Shown: one piece after another, positions 40,959 to 52,041 of the stretch | How the letters are laid out: every line of letters starts with the position of its first letter | How positions within the stretch are numbered: position 1 is the first letter of the stretch | From: Candidatus Hydrogenedentota bacterium | GTDB lineage: Bacteria > Hydrogenedentota > Hydrogenedentia > Hydrogenedentales > SLHB01 | Reading direction: 5' to 3' | NCBI GenBank assembly: GCA_963745075.1 | Contig: CAVUWV010000020.1 | Location: forward strand, 172,280 to 236,279 | Length of the DNA: 64,000 nt | Translations under genes and position numbers: made by a program | Notes under the pieces: model-generated | Database searches by the model: none | Seen by the model: the letters and a program-made list of their open reading frames with translations, nothing else | Told to the model about the DNA's origin: nothing

Positions 40959-43900
40959 ATGTATCGCGTCGTGGGATTGCTATTTGTCACCACCATTCTG
41001 AGCATGACGGCATCCGCCCAGGAGCCGGCATGGACCTACATGCCACCTTCCGGCGTGATCGACTCGTCGCCTGCGTTGGGTGACCTGGACCTGGACGGCA
41101 ATGTGGAGATCGTTGTCGGCACAACATGTCCGGGCAGGTTATCGCCCTGGACGAGAAAGGGCGCGATATCTGGCAATACGAGATGCGTGGCCCCATTCAC
41201 ATGGCACCCACGATTACCGATCTGAACAACGACGGAAAACCCGAGGTGCTGGTCGCGAACCGGCAGGGCCAGATCCGGTGTCTGGACGGCGCCGGCGGGA
41301 ACGTCCTCTGGGAAGCGGCACTGCCCGCGTTCATCAATTGGGGTATGACGGAAATCGCCGTGTCGGACCTCGACGGCGATGGAAAGGCCGAGGCCGTGAC
41401 GGGCGACCGTGAAGGCTCCGTGCTTTGCGTGAACGCTGACGGTACGCAAGAGTGGCTATACAAGGGCGACCACGGTGAGACCTTGTGCCCGGCCCTTGCC
41501 GATCTCGATGGTGACGGCCCGCAGGAAGTCGTCGTGGGTGGGACACAGGTTCCGCTCGTCTGTCTGGACGCAAACGGCAAGGAATTGTGGCGTCTCGATG
41601 CCGGTAGCCGTGGGTCCAGCCCGATTGTCTGCAACCTTGACGGGAAGGGGTCCATGGAAATCGTCGTGGGAATCGACCAATCGCTGGCGGCGGTTGACCA
41701 CGCGGGCAAACTGCTATGGACGCAACCGATGCACGACACCATCGATAGCGCCATTTCCGCCGCTGACGTCAATGGCGACGGGGCCGTCGAAATCGTGGCC
41801 GTCGATCTCTCGGGCTACGCGGCGTGCGTCTCGTCTGACGGGAAACTGTTGTGGTCGGGCGACGTGGAAGAGCGCGCGCGCCGGTCGCCATCCATTGGCG
41901 ACGTGGACGGGGACGGCGAGGTGGAGATCCTTATCGCCGGATACAGCGGCGCGATTCACGTGTTCGGACCGGACGGTAAGCTGGAGGAGCGCATCGCACT
42001 TGAGGGCTCCCCCAATGCAACGGCTACGCTCGCACGTTTCGACGACGGCGGGCTGTACATGATCTGCCCCACCGACAGCCTGATGCAGGTGTATCGCTGG
42101 CCCGATGCCAAACCGGATGCCACGATGCTGTGGCCGGAATATCGGTTCAACTCCGCCCGGACCGGCACGCCGGAATTGCCCGCGTCGCGGTCCAACGTGC
42201 GGATTGCTCGCATCGATTTCGGCGAGCGTTACGTCGGCTCCAACGCGTTTTCCGTGACCGTCGAAAACCCGGACGCCGAACCACTCGAACGTCAAACTGG
42301 CGATCGGCGTGAATCAGCAAGAACCGTCGCGAGCGGACGTATCGAGCGCGGAAACACAAATCGAACATCAAATGCCGTACACAATCTCCGGCAATGCGAC
42401 GGAGAACCTCACATTCAGTTGCACCGTCCTTCAGAACGGAGAGGTCGTCGCGCGACGCACGCACACCGACTACGTCGTGCCTTTCGTCAATGAGGTCTCC
42501 GATGCGGAACGCGCCCTGGCGGACACGAAGAATCGTCTGTCTCATCTCGCGGTCACGTCGCGGCCGAAAGAGCGGTGGTACCTGTTGCAGGGCCGGTTGG
42601 ACGAATTGCGGGACCGCGCAAACGCGGCCAGCGCGTACAGCGATGACACGCGGCGTACCTTGCGCGACGATCTGCGGGAACTGGTGGCTCAGTCGCAAAC
42701 GCTTCAGCAAATGGTCATCGCTGCCGATCAAGCCGGCACACCGCTGCTTGTGTGCGCGGCCAATCCATGGGCGCCGTTCGGCGGCATGGAGGAACTCGTC
42801 GAAGGCCGCGCGACGCCGCCGGACCTGTCGGTGGAAGCTTTCGCCGGCGAAACGGAATCCGCCGCGCTGAATCTGTTCAACTTCACCGACATCGCGCGCA
42901 CGTTTCGCGTGGAAGTCGCCGATCTCACGCTGGGCGACCAGTCCGTCGCGGCCAGGAATACCGTGCACCTCCACGAAGTCGTGGCCGTTCCCACGGAAAT
43001 GCGGGACTATTCCGCCGACGCGATCCCGGAACTGTCCGACGCGCGCATCATCACCGTCCCGGCATGGGACGCGCGCCAACTTTGGCTGAACGTGGAGACG
43101 AGCGCATTAATGCCCGGCGAATGGAGTTCCGCCGTGCACGTGCGAAGTCTCGATCCCGAACCCATCGAGGCCGCCGCGCCGCTTTCCGTCACGGTATGGA
43201 ACGCGCACCTGCCCAAAACCCAGCCCATTCGTTCGTGCCAGTGGGGCTACGTGCACAGCTCCATGTTGCGCGATTATCCGCAGGAAGCGTTGGAGGACCA
43301 GGTGCGCCACGGCACGAACGTGTTCGTGGGCCTTTTTCCGCCCAAGGCCACATACGACGAAGACGGGAACCTTGGACCAATCGACTTTGCCGAGCACGAC
43401 GCCTACGTCAAAGCGCACGGGCCTCACGGACTGATTCTCTTCTTCAATTACCAGCACGCGTTGAAAGGGCCCGGGGACCGGGATTCCGAGGCGTTTCACA
43501 AAGCCCACGTGGCGTGGCTGCGGGCCTGGGTGAAGCATTTAGCTGAACTCGGGGTGGGATACGACGGTTTTGCGCTGTATCCCGTAGACGAACCCGGGCT
43601 TCGCGACGGCTTGGTCGAGACCTACCTCGTCTTCGCCCAACTCGCACGGGAAGCCGACCCGAAGATTCATCTGTACACCGATCCCGTCGGCCGCATCACC
43701 GCCGAGGAACTGGAACGCATGACGCCATACGTGGACATCTGGTGCCCGAACCGAAACGGGCTCCTGCTGCACGAGAATGCGGACAAGTTCGCCGTCATCC
43801 AGAATAGCGGCGCGACGGTCTGGACCTACGAATGCGACGGCAACGCGAAGCACCAATCGCCATTGGGGTATTATCGGGCGCAGGCATGGCTGGCTTGGCA

Positions 43901-44315
43901 CGATGGCCTCACCGGCATCGGGTTCTGGTCGTATTGCACGTCGAGCGCCGATCCGTGGTTCCGGCCGGAGGCTACGAAGGACTACCTGCTCGTATACCCC
44001 GGAAAAGGCGTCATCTCGAGCAAGCGCTGGGAAGCCGTTCGCGATGGGATCGAGGATTACAGCATGCTCTGGGTATTGCGCCAGGCGGTGAACGATCGTC
44101 CAAGCGCAGATGCAAAAACGCGAGACGCTGCGCAGAAACTGTTGGAAACCGACGCTTCCGCCGTCGCGCAATTCTGTGGCCTGGACTCGGATGACACGCA
44201 ACCCCGGAAGGACGGCTTGCGGGGCGTGCGGGCGCTGGCGGACCGGCGTTGGTCCACCATACAGGAGACCCGGCGCGAACTGGCCGGTCTATTGTCCGAG
44301 TTGATCGCGAATTAG
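40959..44315 (+). CDS. Secreted FG-GAP/PQQ-like beta-propeller fused to a DUF4091-like glycoside hydrolase domain (frameshifts near 41125 and 42295)
   Basis: Signal peptide MYRVVGLL...; repeated SP...DLDGDG..E(I/V)VVG units; C-terminal YPVDEP, VDIWCP, WTY, GIGFWSY, YP.....SSKRWEAVRDGIEDY; three ORF pieces abut. Confidence 0.72.
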
Positions 44316-44361
44316 CGTCGGGCACACGATTCCACATAATGCCAACCAGGGAGACGGGGCG

Positions 44362-45354
44362 ATGAAAGCGGCCGCGGTTATGCTGCTGGGTATTGCGATC
44401 GGAATACTGTTCTCCCCGGCGGTCCTCGCCGGTGAGACGGATCAATTCCTCGTTTGGGGGGTGGAGCTAAACGACTCGGCCCCGGCGATCAACCGCTTTA
44501 TCAACGAGCAAACCGAACGATACCTGGAATCCCTGAACCAGGAAGAGGACATCCCGGACGATCCGGATGAAATCGTAAACGGCGTGTACCGGAACCTCTT
44601 TCGGGGACTTCAGGCGTCCAAACTGCGGAACTGGCTACAACATTCGGACGACGTTGACCGCTATCCGCCGTCATCTGTTTCGTACTGGCGCTATGAGAGG
44701 ATGAGCATTTACCGGGGTCGCTCGTTCCCGTACATTCTCCCCATGGCTCGTACGGTACGAGTCGGCGACGTGTATTTCGGCATTGATAAGTTTTCCCACT
44801 TCTTCGGATTCGGACGACACAGCTACAACCGGTATCAGAAGCTGCGCGGGCGAGGGTTGGACGAGCGGGAAGCGCTGGAACGGGTGGTCCGCCGAAGCAT
44901 TTGGTGGGAAAATACGACGGTCGGAAAGCTTGTGGACGGCATCTTTTCCCATGCGGATATCGAAGCGAGCTTTCAGGGTTGCCAACTTGCGCGCGATCTC
45001 TGCGGAGAAGACGACGCGAATATCAAGCGCGTGGACGGCGAATGGAAGCTGGTGCGCCCGATCGATCTGCGGGATTATGTCACACCGGATTTCGACGAGT
45101 CCTACAATCCCAACCACTATTGGGCTTTGCGCAAACGGTTCGTGCTGCCACTTCTTGAGAAGGAGTATAAGGACAAGTTCTCAACACCGGAGGTGCAGGA
45201 ACGGTTCGCCAGTTACCAGCGCCACGAACCCAGTTTGTCGGTGCGCGCGATCGAGCGCCACTTCGCCAGCCAGGGAATGGACCCTCAGAAGGCCCAGTAC
45301 CGGCAAGTCTTTCATCTCCCACCGCGGCGTCTGGCCTCGAACACGGAACCCTGA
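44362..45354 (+). CDS. Secreted hypothetical protein
   Basis: Signal peptide; conserved-looking GIDKFSHFFG.G, GIFSHADI.A..QG and FDESYNP blocks. Confidence 0.8.
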   Translation: MKAAAVMLLGIAIGILFSPAVLAGETDQFLVWGVELNDSAPAINRFINEQTERYLESLNQEEDIPDDPDEIVNGVYRNLFRGLQASKLRNWLQHSDDVDRYPPSSVSYWRYERMSIYRGRSFPYILPMARTVRVGDVYFGIDKFSHFFGFGRHSYNRYQKLRGRGLDEREALERVVRRSIWWENTTVGKLVDGIFSHADIEASFQGCQLARDLCGEDDANIKRVDGEWKLVRPIDLRDYVTPDFDESYNPNHYWALRKRFVLPLLEKEYKDKFSTPEVQERFASYQRHEPSLSVRAIERHFASQGMDPQKAQYRQVFHLPPRRLASNTEP

Positions 45355-45368
45355 GCGAGTCAGCGCCG

Positions 45369-46067
45369 TCACGTATCGCTTTCTTCATGTTTTTGCACGG
45401 GCGTGGATGACGGCTTCTCCCGCGAACCTGCGACGTGTTGCAGTCGCTTCCGAAGTCCCTTTATCACGTTTGGCATGGCGGTTTCCGAAGCCATATTGGC
45501 CACCCAGCCCGGGATGTTGCCGCCGGGGTCGGTGAAAACCGTGTAACGCACGGAAGATTTGCCGCCGGGGTACGGCCGCACTTCCCACGATCCGTAGGTA
45601 TCGTTGATATTGCCGCTGCCGGGTTCGTACGTCCAGCTATTCACCAGGACCGACCCCTTGGCGGTGTCGACGGTTTTATCCTTCATCCGCAGCACGTAGT
45701 AGCGATCGCCAATCGGCCACGGGAAATCCAAGTCGAACCGGACCCAGGTTTGTTCGTCATTCTTCTTCTGCACCTTGACTTTCCGGCAATACGGCATGAA
45801 TTGTGTAAAGGAGTCGTAGTCGGTGAGTACCGCAAATACCTGTGACGGCGTTGCGTCGACTACGGCAACGGCCGTTGCCCGCTTTATCGCGGTTCCCGAA
45901 ACGGCGGCAAGGTCAACCAGGATTTCCCCGCGCTCGAGTTGCGCGCGCTCGGGTTCGGTAAGTGCGGTCCCTTGCGGCGAGAGCAGTTCCGTGCCAGGTT
46001 CCGCCGCGAAGGCAGCGAGAATCAGGGCAGTGCCTGTCACGAGCAAAACAGTCCAACGCCGGACCAT
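45369..46067 (-). CDS. SRPBCC/START (polyketide cyclase-like) domain protein, secreted
   Basis: VDATPSQVFAVLTDYDSFTQFMP, PWPIGDRYY, GSW, DPGGNIPGWVAN; signal peptide from ATG 46067. Confidence 0.82.
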   Translation of the reverse strand: MVRRWTVLLVTGTALILAAFAAEPGTELLSPQGTALTEPERAQLERGEILVDLAAVSGTAIKRATAVAVVDATPSQVFAVLTDYDSFTQFMPYCRKVKVQKKNDEQTWVRFDLDFPWPIGDRYYVLRMKDKTVDTAKGSVLVNSWTYEPGSGNINDTYGSWEVRPYPGGKSSVRYTVFTDPGGNIPGWVANMASETAMPNVIKGLRKRLQHVAGSREKPSSTPVQKHEESDT

Positions 46068-46233
46068 CGTAAGAGCCCCTCCATTGATTGCCACGCATCG
46101 GAGTAACGCCGACCAGCGTAGCACAACGCGCCTCTTACCCGCGTTGACCCGCGATTGGGCCGGGCCCAATACCGGTAGAAACGTCATTTGTGGCATAGTG
46201 TCGGGCAAACAAACTGACTGCGAGCGTATCCGG

Positions 46234-47256
46234 ATGAATCGATTCACCGTCATAGCAGCCTTCTTAGTGGCATTCGGCCTGATGCCCGCGTTTTCGATCG
46301 GCGCCGTTGCCGCCGATGTGCAACCGGACGGCGGCGCGCTGGCCGGGTTGCGGCCCCGCGTCGTCATATCCACCGATATCGGAGGTTCGGACAACGATGA
46401 CTTTCAGTCCATGGTCCATCTCCTCTTGTATGCGGACGTCCTTGCTATCGAGGGGCTGCTCGCCTCACCGCCTGACAAAGGGCGCGCCGCCGACTGTCTT
46501 TCGGTGATCGACGCGTACGAGAAGGACTATCCGCGATTGAAGCAGCATTCCGCCGCGTACCCGCCACCGGAAACCCTGCGCGGTCTCGTCAAGCAGGGCG
46601 CGACCGATCCGGCGCCACCGGCAGGGTTCTCCGAGAGCACGGACGCATCCAGGTGGCTGATCGACCGGGCACATGCCAACGCTCCCCGCCCGCTCTACGT
46701 GCTCGTTTGGGGGTCGATCACCGATATCGCCCAGGCCGTCCATGATGATCCCGCGATCGAACAGAATATCAGGGTCTATTCGATTGGATCGTGGAATACG
46801 AGCAAGGACCCTTCCGCCCGCGACTACCTCTTCAACAATCACCCGGATCTCTGGTGGATCGAGGCGGATACCACCTTTCGCGGAATGTATATCGGCGGCA
46901 ATCAGGACGGAGATTTGGGCAACAAGAGCTTTCTGGATCGCCACGTGCGCGGCCACGGCGCATTGGGCGATTTTCTGGTGGATAAACTCGACGCCATCAA
47001 AATGGGCGACACGCCGTCGCTTCTCTATCTGCTCCGTGGTAACCCGGACGATCCCACCGGTCCGCATTGGGGCGGACAATTCGTCGCTACCGGACACGGC
47101 CCCCACTACTGGACCGACGACCCGGCGCCCGCACAACAAGAGGGGCGGTATGCCGGCGCCAAGACGGTAAACCGATGGCGAGAAGATTTTTTGCGCGACT
47201 GGCAGCGGCGGATGGAGCGCGCCGTGCCGAAAGCACCTGCCGCAGCGAAGAATTAG
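46234..47256 (+). CDS. DUF1593 / nucleoside-hydrolase-like secreted protein
   Basis: RPRVVISTDIGGSDNDDFQSMVHLLLYAD, RPLYVLVWG, MGDTPS, WGGQF, DWQRRM. Confidence 0.85.
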   Translation: MNRFTVIAAFLVAFGLMPAFSIGAVAADVQPDGGALAGLRPRVVISTDIGGSDNDDFQSMVHLLLYADVLAIEGLLASPPDKGRAADCLSVIDAYEKDYPRLKQHSAAYPPPETLRGLVKQGATDPAPPAGFSESTDASRWLIDRAHANAPRPLYVLVWGSITDIAQAVHDDPAIEQNIRVYSIGSWNTSKDPSARDYLFNNHPDLWWIEADTTFRGMYIGGNQDGDLGNKSFLDRHVRGHGALGDFLVDKLDAIKMGDTPSLLYLLRGNPDDPTGPHWGGQFVATGHGPHYWTDDPAPAQQEGRYAGAKTVNRWREDFLRDWQRRMERAVPKAPAAAKN

Positions 47257-47265
47257 TCCGGCGCG

Positions 47266-48420
47266 CTACTCCGAGTAAATCCCGTATTCGAATGCCGCGT
47301 CAAAGAGCGCAACGATATTCTCCGGCGGAACACCTGCCTGAATATTGTGGCAATTGTTGAACACGTAGCCGCCCCCGGGCTTAAACGCATCGAGATTGCG
47401 CTTCACATGCTCACGCACTTCGGCCGGGGTCGCGGCCGGCAGAACGTGTTGCGCGTCGATACCGCCGCCCCAAAACGTCAGATCGCGGCCGTATTGACGC
47501 TTCAACATTTCGGGGTCCATATTCGCTGCGCTGATCTGCACGGGGTTCAGGATATCGATGCCGTTGTCAATCAAATCGGGGATGTACGTGACGCACGAGC
47601 CGCAAGTGTGGTACCAGATACGCGCGTCGGTGAGAGACCGGATGTGCTGCACGAGGCGCTTCTGCCGAGGCTTGACCACGGTACGGTAGAACTCCGGGGA
47701 AAACAACGGACCAGCCTGACCGGCAAGGTCATCCCCGATCATGATGACGTCGACCAGATCGCCAACCTCGCCCATGAAGTCACTGTAGTAACCGGTCCAA
47801 AACGCCAGCATGCGGTCCAGCAGGGCCTCGCAGAATGCGGGATTCTCCAGCATATCGACAAGCCACCGTTCGAGGCCGCGCAGGTACCAGCAATACTCGT
47901 AGACCACGCCGCCGATGCCGGTGCAGGTCGCATATGGCGTCTCGTCGCGCATGTGCTGGGCTTTGTCGCGGAGACCTCGGAACCGCGTGGGATCGTTGCC
48001 GCGGGGAAAGGGGTAGCTGTCGAGGTCACCAATGGTGGCGTTCGCCAGCGGGTGGTGGGAAATGTCCATAAAGAATGGCTGGTCGTCGGGCATGGACCAC
48101 ACCACGCCGAATTCATCGCGCAAATCGTGCCACAGCCGGCCTTCGCGGGTATTCTGCTCGATGCCGCCAGCAAAGCTTTCCGGCGCCCCCGCCACGAGGT
48201 AACGCGTGTCCACGTGCAGACGTTCCAGCACCGCTTCGCAGGGACGGGCCAACTGCTGGACGGGGTCCAGGATCGCCAGGTCATCCTGAATACCCAGATG
48301 CTCCAGCAACTGGAGGTAAGGGAGCCGGTGGATGCCGGTCTGAAACCCGCCCAAATCGATTGGTACGCGGTCGGGCTCTTCGTGGTTTAATGCAGTGACC
48401 AGACGTTCGCGTGATGTCAT
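47266..48420 (-). CDS. Uroporphyrinogen decarboxylase-like / MtaA-CmuA methyltransferase family protein
   Basis: MTSRER...EPDRVPID, GDDLAGQ, HTCG, LNPVQ, FWGGGID, HNIQAGVPPENI. Confidence 0.88.
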   Translation of the reverse strand: MTSRERLVTALNHEEPDRVPIDLGGFQTGIHRLPYLQLLEHLGIQDDLAILDPVQQLARPCEAVLERLHVDTRYLVAGAPESFAGGIEQNTREGRLWHDLRDEFGVVWSMPDDQPFFMDISHHPLANATIGDLDSYPFPRGNDPTRFRGLRDKAQHMRDETPYATCTGIGGVVYEYCWYLRGLERWLVDMLENPAFCEALLDRMLAFWTGYYSDFMGEVGDLVDVIMIGDDLAGQAGPLFSPEFYRTVVKPRQKRLVQHIRSLTDARIWYHTCGSCVTYIPDLIDNGIDILNPVQISAANMDPEMLKRQYGRDLTFWGGGIDAQHVLPAATPAEVREHVKRNLDAFKPGGGYVFNNCHNIQAGVPPENIVALFDAAFEYGIYSE

Positions 48421-48619
48421 CGTCCCCCCATTTTTCGACTTCCCAGTGATGCGCGACAATTAATTATCTTGTTACTCGCCAGGCAATTCAATCTGTCGCG
48501 GAAGCCACCGTGATTCGCAATATGCAGCGATTCGTGTTTGCAGACCGGCACGACTAAAATGAAGTCGGGCGTTTGCCAATGTGGGGGAAACCGGCCAACC
48601 AGATTCAACGGAGGCAATC

Positions 48620-49463
48620 ATGATCGAGCTGGGCATGCACACGGACAACTGGCGCCCGCTGAGCGGGGGATTCAATCAGGCGGCGGAGACCGCGGTCAAG
48701 TACGGCATTCAACACCTCGAATTTGTCGCGATCCACGGCCAGTACTTCATCCAAGCCATGGGTTATGAGCCGGGCATTTCGTTGGAATCCAATCCGCGCG
48801 CGTTGAAACGCTACTGTGACAAGCGGGGCCTGAAGATCTCGCAGATCGACGGCGCGTACCCGCTCATGGGGCCCGACGGCTCGACCTACGGCGTGCAGTA
48901 CGTCCGGCAATGCATTCGCTTTGCGGCGGAACTGGACTGCCCCATGGTGGACACCACCGACGGCGCTTCCACCATCGAGGGCCTCAGCCGCGACGAAGTC
49001 TTCCGCATCACCTGCGACAACTATCGGCAGGTGCCTGTCCTGGGCGGAGGACTACAAGATCGTCATCAACGTCGAGCCGCACGGCCCCTATACGAATGAC
49101 GGGGAGTTCATGCTCAAGCTGTTCAAGTATTTCGATTCCGAATGGCTGCGCTGCAATTTTGATACCGGCAATTCCTTCATCGCGGGCCACGACCCGCTGG
49201 AGTACCTGAAGACCTTGCGCCCGTACGTTTCGCACTGCCACATCAAGGATGTAAGCGAAGGGTTGGCCGCCGCCGCCCGCGGCGAAGACACCGGTATCGC
49301 GTGCAGCGAAGTCCCCATCGGCGGCGGCGTCAACGCCGGCAACATCACGAACTGCCTCGCCTTCCTGAACGAAACCAACTGGGACGGCGTCGTCTCCCTC
49401 GAATGCTACGGCTCCGACGAAAACATACAGAAGAGCGTGGAGTTCCTGCGCGCGTTGGTATAA
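48620..49463 (+). CDS. Sugar phosphate isomerase/epimerase (TIM barrel; frameshift near 49030)
   Basis: GGAGG RBS before ATG 48620; the first half joins INVEPHG, NFDTGN, HIKD and VSLEC in ORF 48921-49463. Confidence 0.85.
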
Positions 49464-49527
49464 GCGCTGATCGGTGTCCCTGGGAGCGCCAGGCCGTCAT
49501 CCTCGCGAAGGCGGGGCCAGCCTAGTT

Positions 49528-49658
49528 CACTGGGAGCGCCTGGCTCCGGCCTGGCGTGCTTCGGAGGAATGACGGCTGCAAACACAGCGCAGTCGTTGCA
49601 GCGAGTTACGCGCACGCTCCGAAGCACGCCACGCTAGAGCGAGGCGCTCCCAGTGGGG
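49528..49658 (-). repeat. REP doublet (REPIN-like hairpin) copy 1, inverted relative to copies 2 and 3
   Basis: CACTGGGAGCGCC...GGCGTGCTTCGGAG / CTCCGAAGCACGCC...GGCGCTCCCAGTG; its reverse complement aligns with 50406-50540. A partial unit CTGGGAGCGCCAGGC lies at 49480-49494. Confidence 0.9.
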
Positions 49659-50353
49659 CCATCAGTGTGGCCGTCTTCCAAGTGTATGCGGGCGCTGCTC
49701 CAGCGCCAGGCTTCGGGTGTAGCGCACAGGCTCGCCGCGGTTGGATTGTTGTGAACATACGCCATGACGGCGTGAAAATGTCTTTGGTCGCGGACATATC
49801 GGTCCCGGTATTCGCGATACCACACATGACGTGCCGAACCCATTCCGGGAAGCACACGCATCATCGGGATTAGCCGCCTTCCGGTGTAGGATTTCCAAGT
49901 TGTGACCACACGCGCCAGCTTCCACCCCCGTATCTGTTCAAAAAGGACATGGACATGGTTAGGCATGATCGCCCATGCAAGGAGACGGTAGCGAACGCCA
50001 TCGAAATACAGAAGCGCGTCTTGTGTCAGTTCGGCCGCTCGTGGCTCCCGAAGCAAACAGCATCCGTGCCCCGCGTCGATCCAGGCCTCGATACGCTTGT
50101 AGCGCTCGACCTCCCGCTCGGATTCCGGCATCTCGCGGATTTCATCTTCGAAACGATCGAGGACGACCTTCGGCAAGCTGTCCGCGAGGTGAAACGTCAC
50201 ATGTTGAATGGAGCCCGGCGAGTCGAAGTGCGGGATGTAGCCGCGCGAATGCCAATGCGGTTGTGCGGAACTGTCATGGTCCTGCCTGAGGACAGCGCGA
50301 CCTCGGTATTCGCCGGACTGGTGCCCCACACCTTCACGCACCTCCCCCATCAT
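49634..50353 (-). mobile_element. rayT: REP-associated tyrosine transposase (RAYT/TnpA-REP; IS200-like HUH Y1)
   Basis: RGYIPH, HVTFHLADSLP, WAIMPNHVHVL (HUH), WKSYT, W.REY.DRYVRD, YVHNNP (catalytic Tyr), WRWSSA; GGAGG RBS; flanked by REP doublets. Confidence 0.9.
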
Positions 50354-50405
50354 CGATATCCTCCCTTGGGGCCGTCACACTATTGCATGCCATAGTAACA
50401 TATCA

Positions 50406-50540
50406 CCCCACTGGGAGCGCCATGCACCAGCGCGGCGTGCTTCGGAGCGTTCAAGTCACTCCCTGCAACAGCCGCCTTACCGCCGTAACCGTCACTCCTC
50501 CGAATCTTCGCCAGGCTGGTGCCTGGCGCTCCCAGTGGGG
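50406..50540 (+). repeat. REP doublet (REPIN-like hairpin) copy 2
   Basis: CCCCACTGGGAGCGCCA ... TGGCGCTCCCAGTGGGG perfect terminal inverted repeat. Confidence 0.9.
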
Positions 50541-50640
50541 GCATCCACGATTGCAAGCCGACCCACTGCAACGCCCGGCACCTAAAGGGTAGGAGGATGT
50601 TTGCTATGGGTTACCCTGAAATACCCCCGAGGACAACACC

Positions 50641-52041
50641 ATGCCGGCGGTAGTGGAACGCAAACCAGGCCTCGATCCCGGCGTGGATTTGCGACAGGCG
50701 GCGGCGACGTTGTGTACCGATGTCGCGAATGCGGGACGGTTTGCGGAGGCGGCCGGTTCGCTCATCCGGTTTGTCCCGGAATGGGGCTGGCTGCGGTGGG
50801 ACGGGCGGCGTTGGGCGCGGGACACCCTGGGCGTCGTGCGGAAGATGGCGCAAGATGTGCACACCTTCGTGCGGGCCGAGGCCGCGGCGGCGGAGAACCC
50901 CCAGGTCGCGGACGCCCTGTGGAAACACGCCAAATACACGGCGAAAAGCTCGGCCATCACGGCCTTTCTACGCGAGACGGAACCCATGTGCGCGGAACGG
51001 GCGGAGGTCTTCGACCGGATACCGGATCGCGTGAATTGCCGCAACTGCACGCTGGACTTCAGCCGGATTGACGGCGATCTACCCCATCACGGCGACCATT
51101 CAAGCGCCAACTATCTCACGCGGATGATTCCCCACGACTGGCACCTGGGTGCACGGCGCGTTGCATGGGAGAACTTCCTCGAAGACGTGTTGCCGGATGC
51201 GGAAGTGCGGGCTTTCGTGCAACGGGCGCTCGGCTATTCCTTGCTGGGCCACACGCGGGAGCAGTGCTTCTTCATCCTCCACGGCACAGGGTGCAACGGG
51301 AAATCGGTGTTTCTGAACACCATCAAGGCCGTGCTCGGCGAGGACTACGCCCGGCAGGCCGACCCGGAATGTTTCATGGCGGGCCGCGGTCCCGCGACGC
51401 GCAACGACCTGGCGCGGCTGCAGGGCGTGCGGTTTGTCACCGCCGTCGAATCGGGCGACGGGCACCGTCTCGACGAGTCGCTGATTAAATCCATCACCGG
51501 CGGCGATGCCGTGCAAGCGCGATTCCTCTATCGCGAATACTTCGAGTTCGTGCCGCAGTTCAAGCTGTGGCTGGCGACCAACCATCCGCCGCGCATTCGG
51601 GGCACGGACCACGCCATCTGGCGGCGCGTCATGCTGGTGCCGTTCACGGTGACCATCCCCGGCGACCGGCGCGACCCGGCGTTGCAGGACACGTTGCTCC
51701 GCGAGGCGGAAGGCATCCTCGATTGGCTCGTCGAAGGATGCGTCGCCTACAGCAAATACGGACTCGACCCGCCGCCGCCCGTCTTGGCGGCAACCCAGGC
51801 GTACCGCGATTCGGAAGACACGGTCGGCCAATTCCTGGCCGACCGCGCCGTGCTGGAACCCCACGCCCAATGCGCGAAGAAGGTCATGTATGCCGCGTAT
51901 ACCCAGTGGTGCGAACGCAATGGCGAGCGCCCCGCCAGTCAACGGGCGTTTTCGAAAGTCCTCCAATCCCACGGCCTCGACGAGTACCGCGGTTCCGGCG
52001 GCCAACGCTTCTGGATTGGCGTCCGGCTCGTCCTCGAGTGA
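50641..52041 (+). CDS. Phage/plasmid P4-family 'primase' C-terminal part: D5_N, SF3 helicase and winged helix, with no primase domain
   Basis: TDVANAGRF...W..WDGRRW (D5_N), GTGCNGKS (Walker A), RFVTAVE (Walker B), IKSITGGD...ARFLY, LATNH.P, DHAIWRR, YTQWC..NGE; GAGGA RBS. Confidence 0.9.
   Translation: MPAVVERKPGLDPGVDLRQAAATLCTDVANAGRFAEAAGSLIRFVPEWGWLRWDGRRWARDTLGVVRKMAQDVHTFVRAEAAAAENPQVADALWKHAKYTAKSSAITAFLRETEPMCAERAEVFDRIPDRVNCRNCTLDFSRIDGDLPHHGDHSSANYLTRMIPHDWHLGARRVAWENFLEDVLPDAEVRAFVQRALGYSLLGHTREQCFFILHGTGCNGKSVFLNTIKAVLGEDYARQADPECFMAGRGPATRNDLARLQGVRFVTAVESGDGHRLDESLIKSITGGDAVQARFLYREYFEFVPQFKLWLATNHPPRIRGTDHAIWRRVMLVPFTVTIPGDRRDPALQDTLLREAEGILDWLVEGCVAYSKYGLDPPPPVLAATQAYRDSEDTVGQFLADRAVLEPHAQCAKKVMYAAYTQWCERNGERPASQRAFSKVLQSHGLDEYRGSGGQRFWIGVRLVLE

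Noticed and set aside
50641..52041. Prophage or PICI call
   Set aside because: No integrase, repressor, terminase or structural genes, and no tRNA attachment site nearby.
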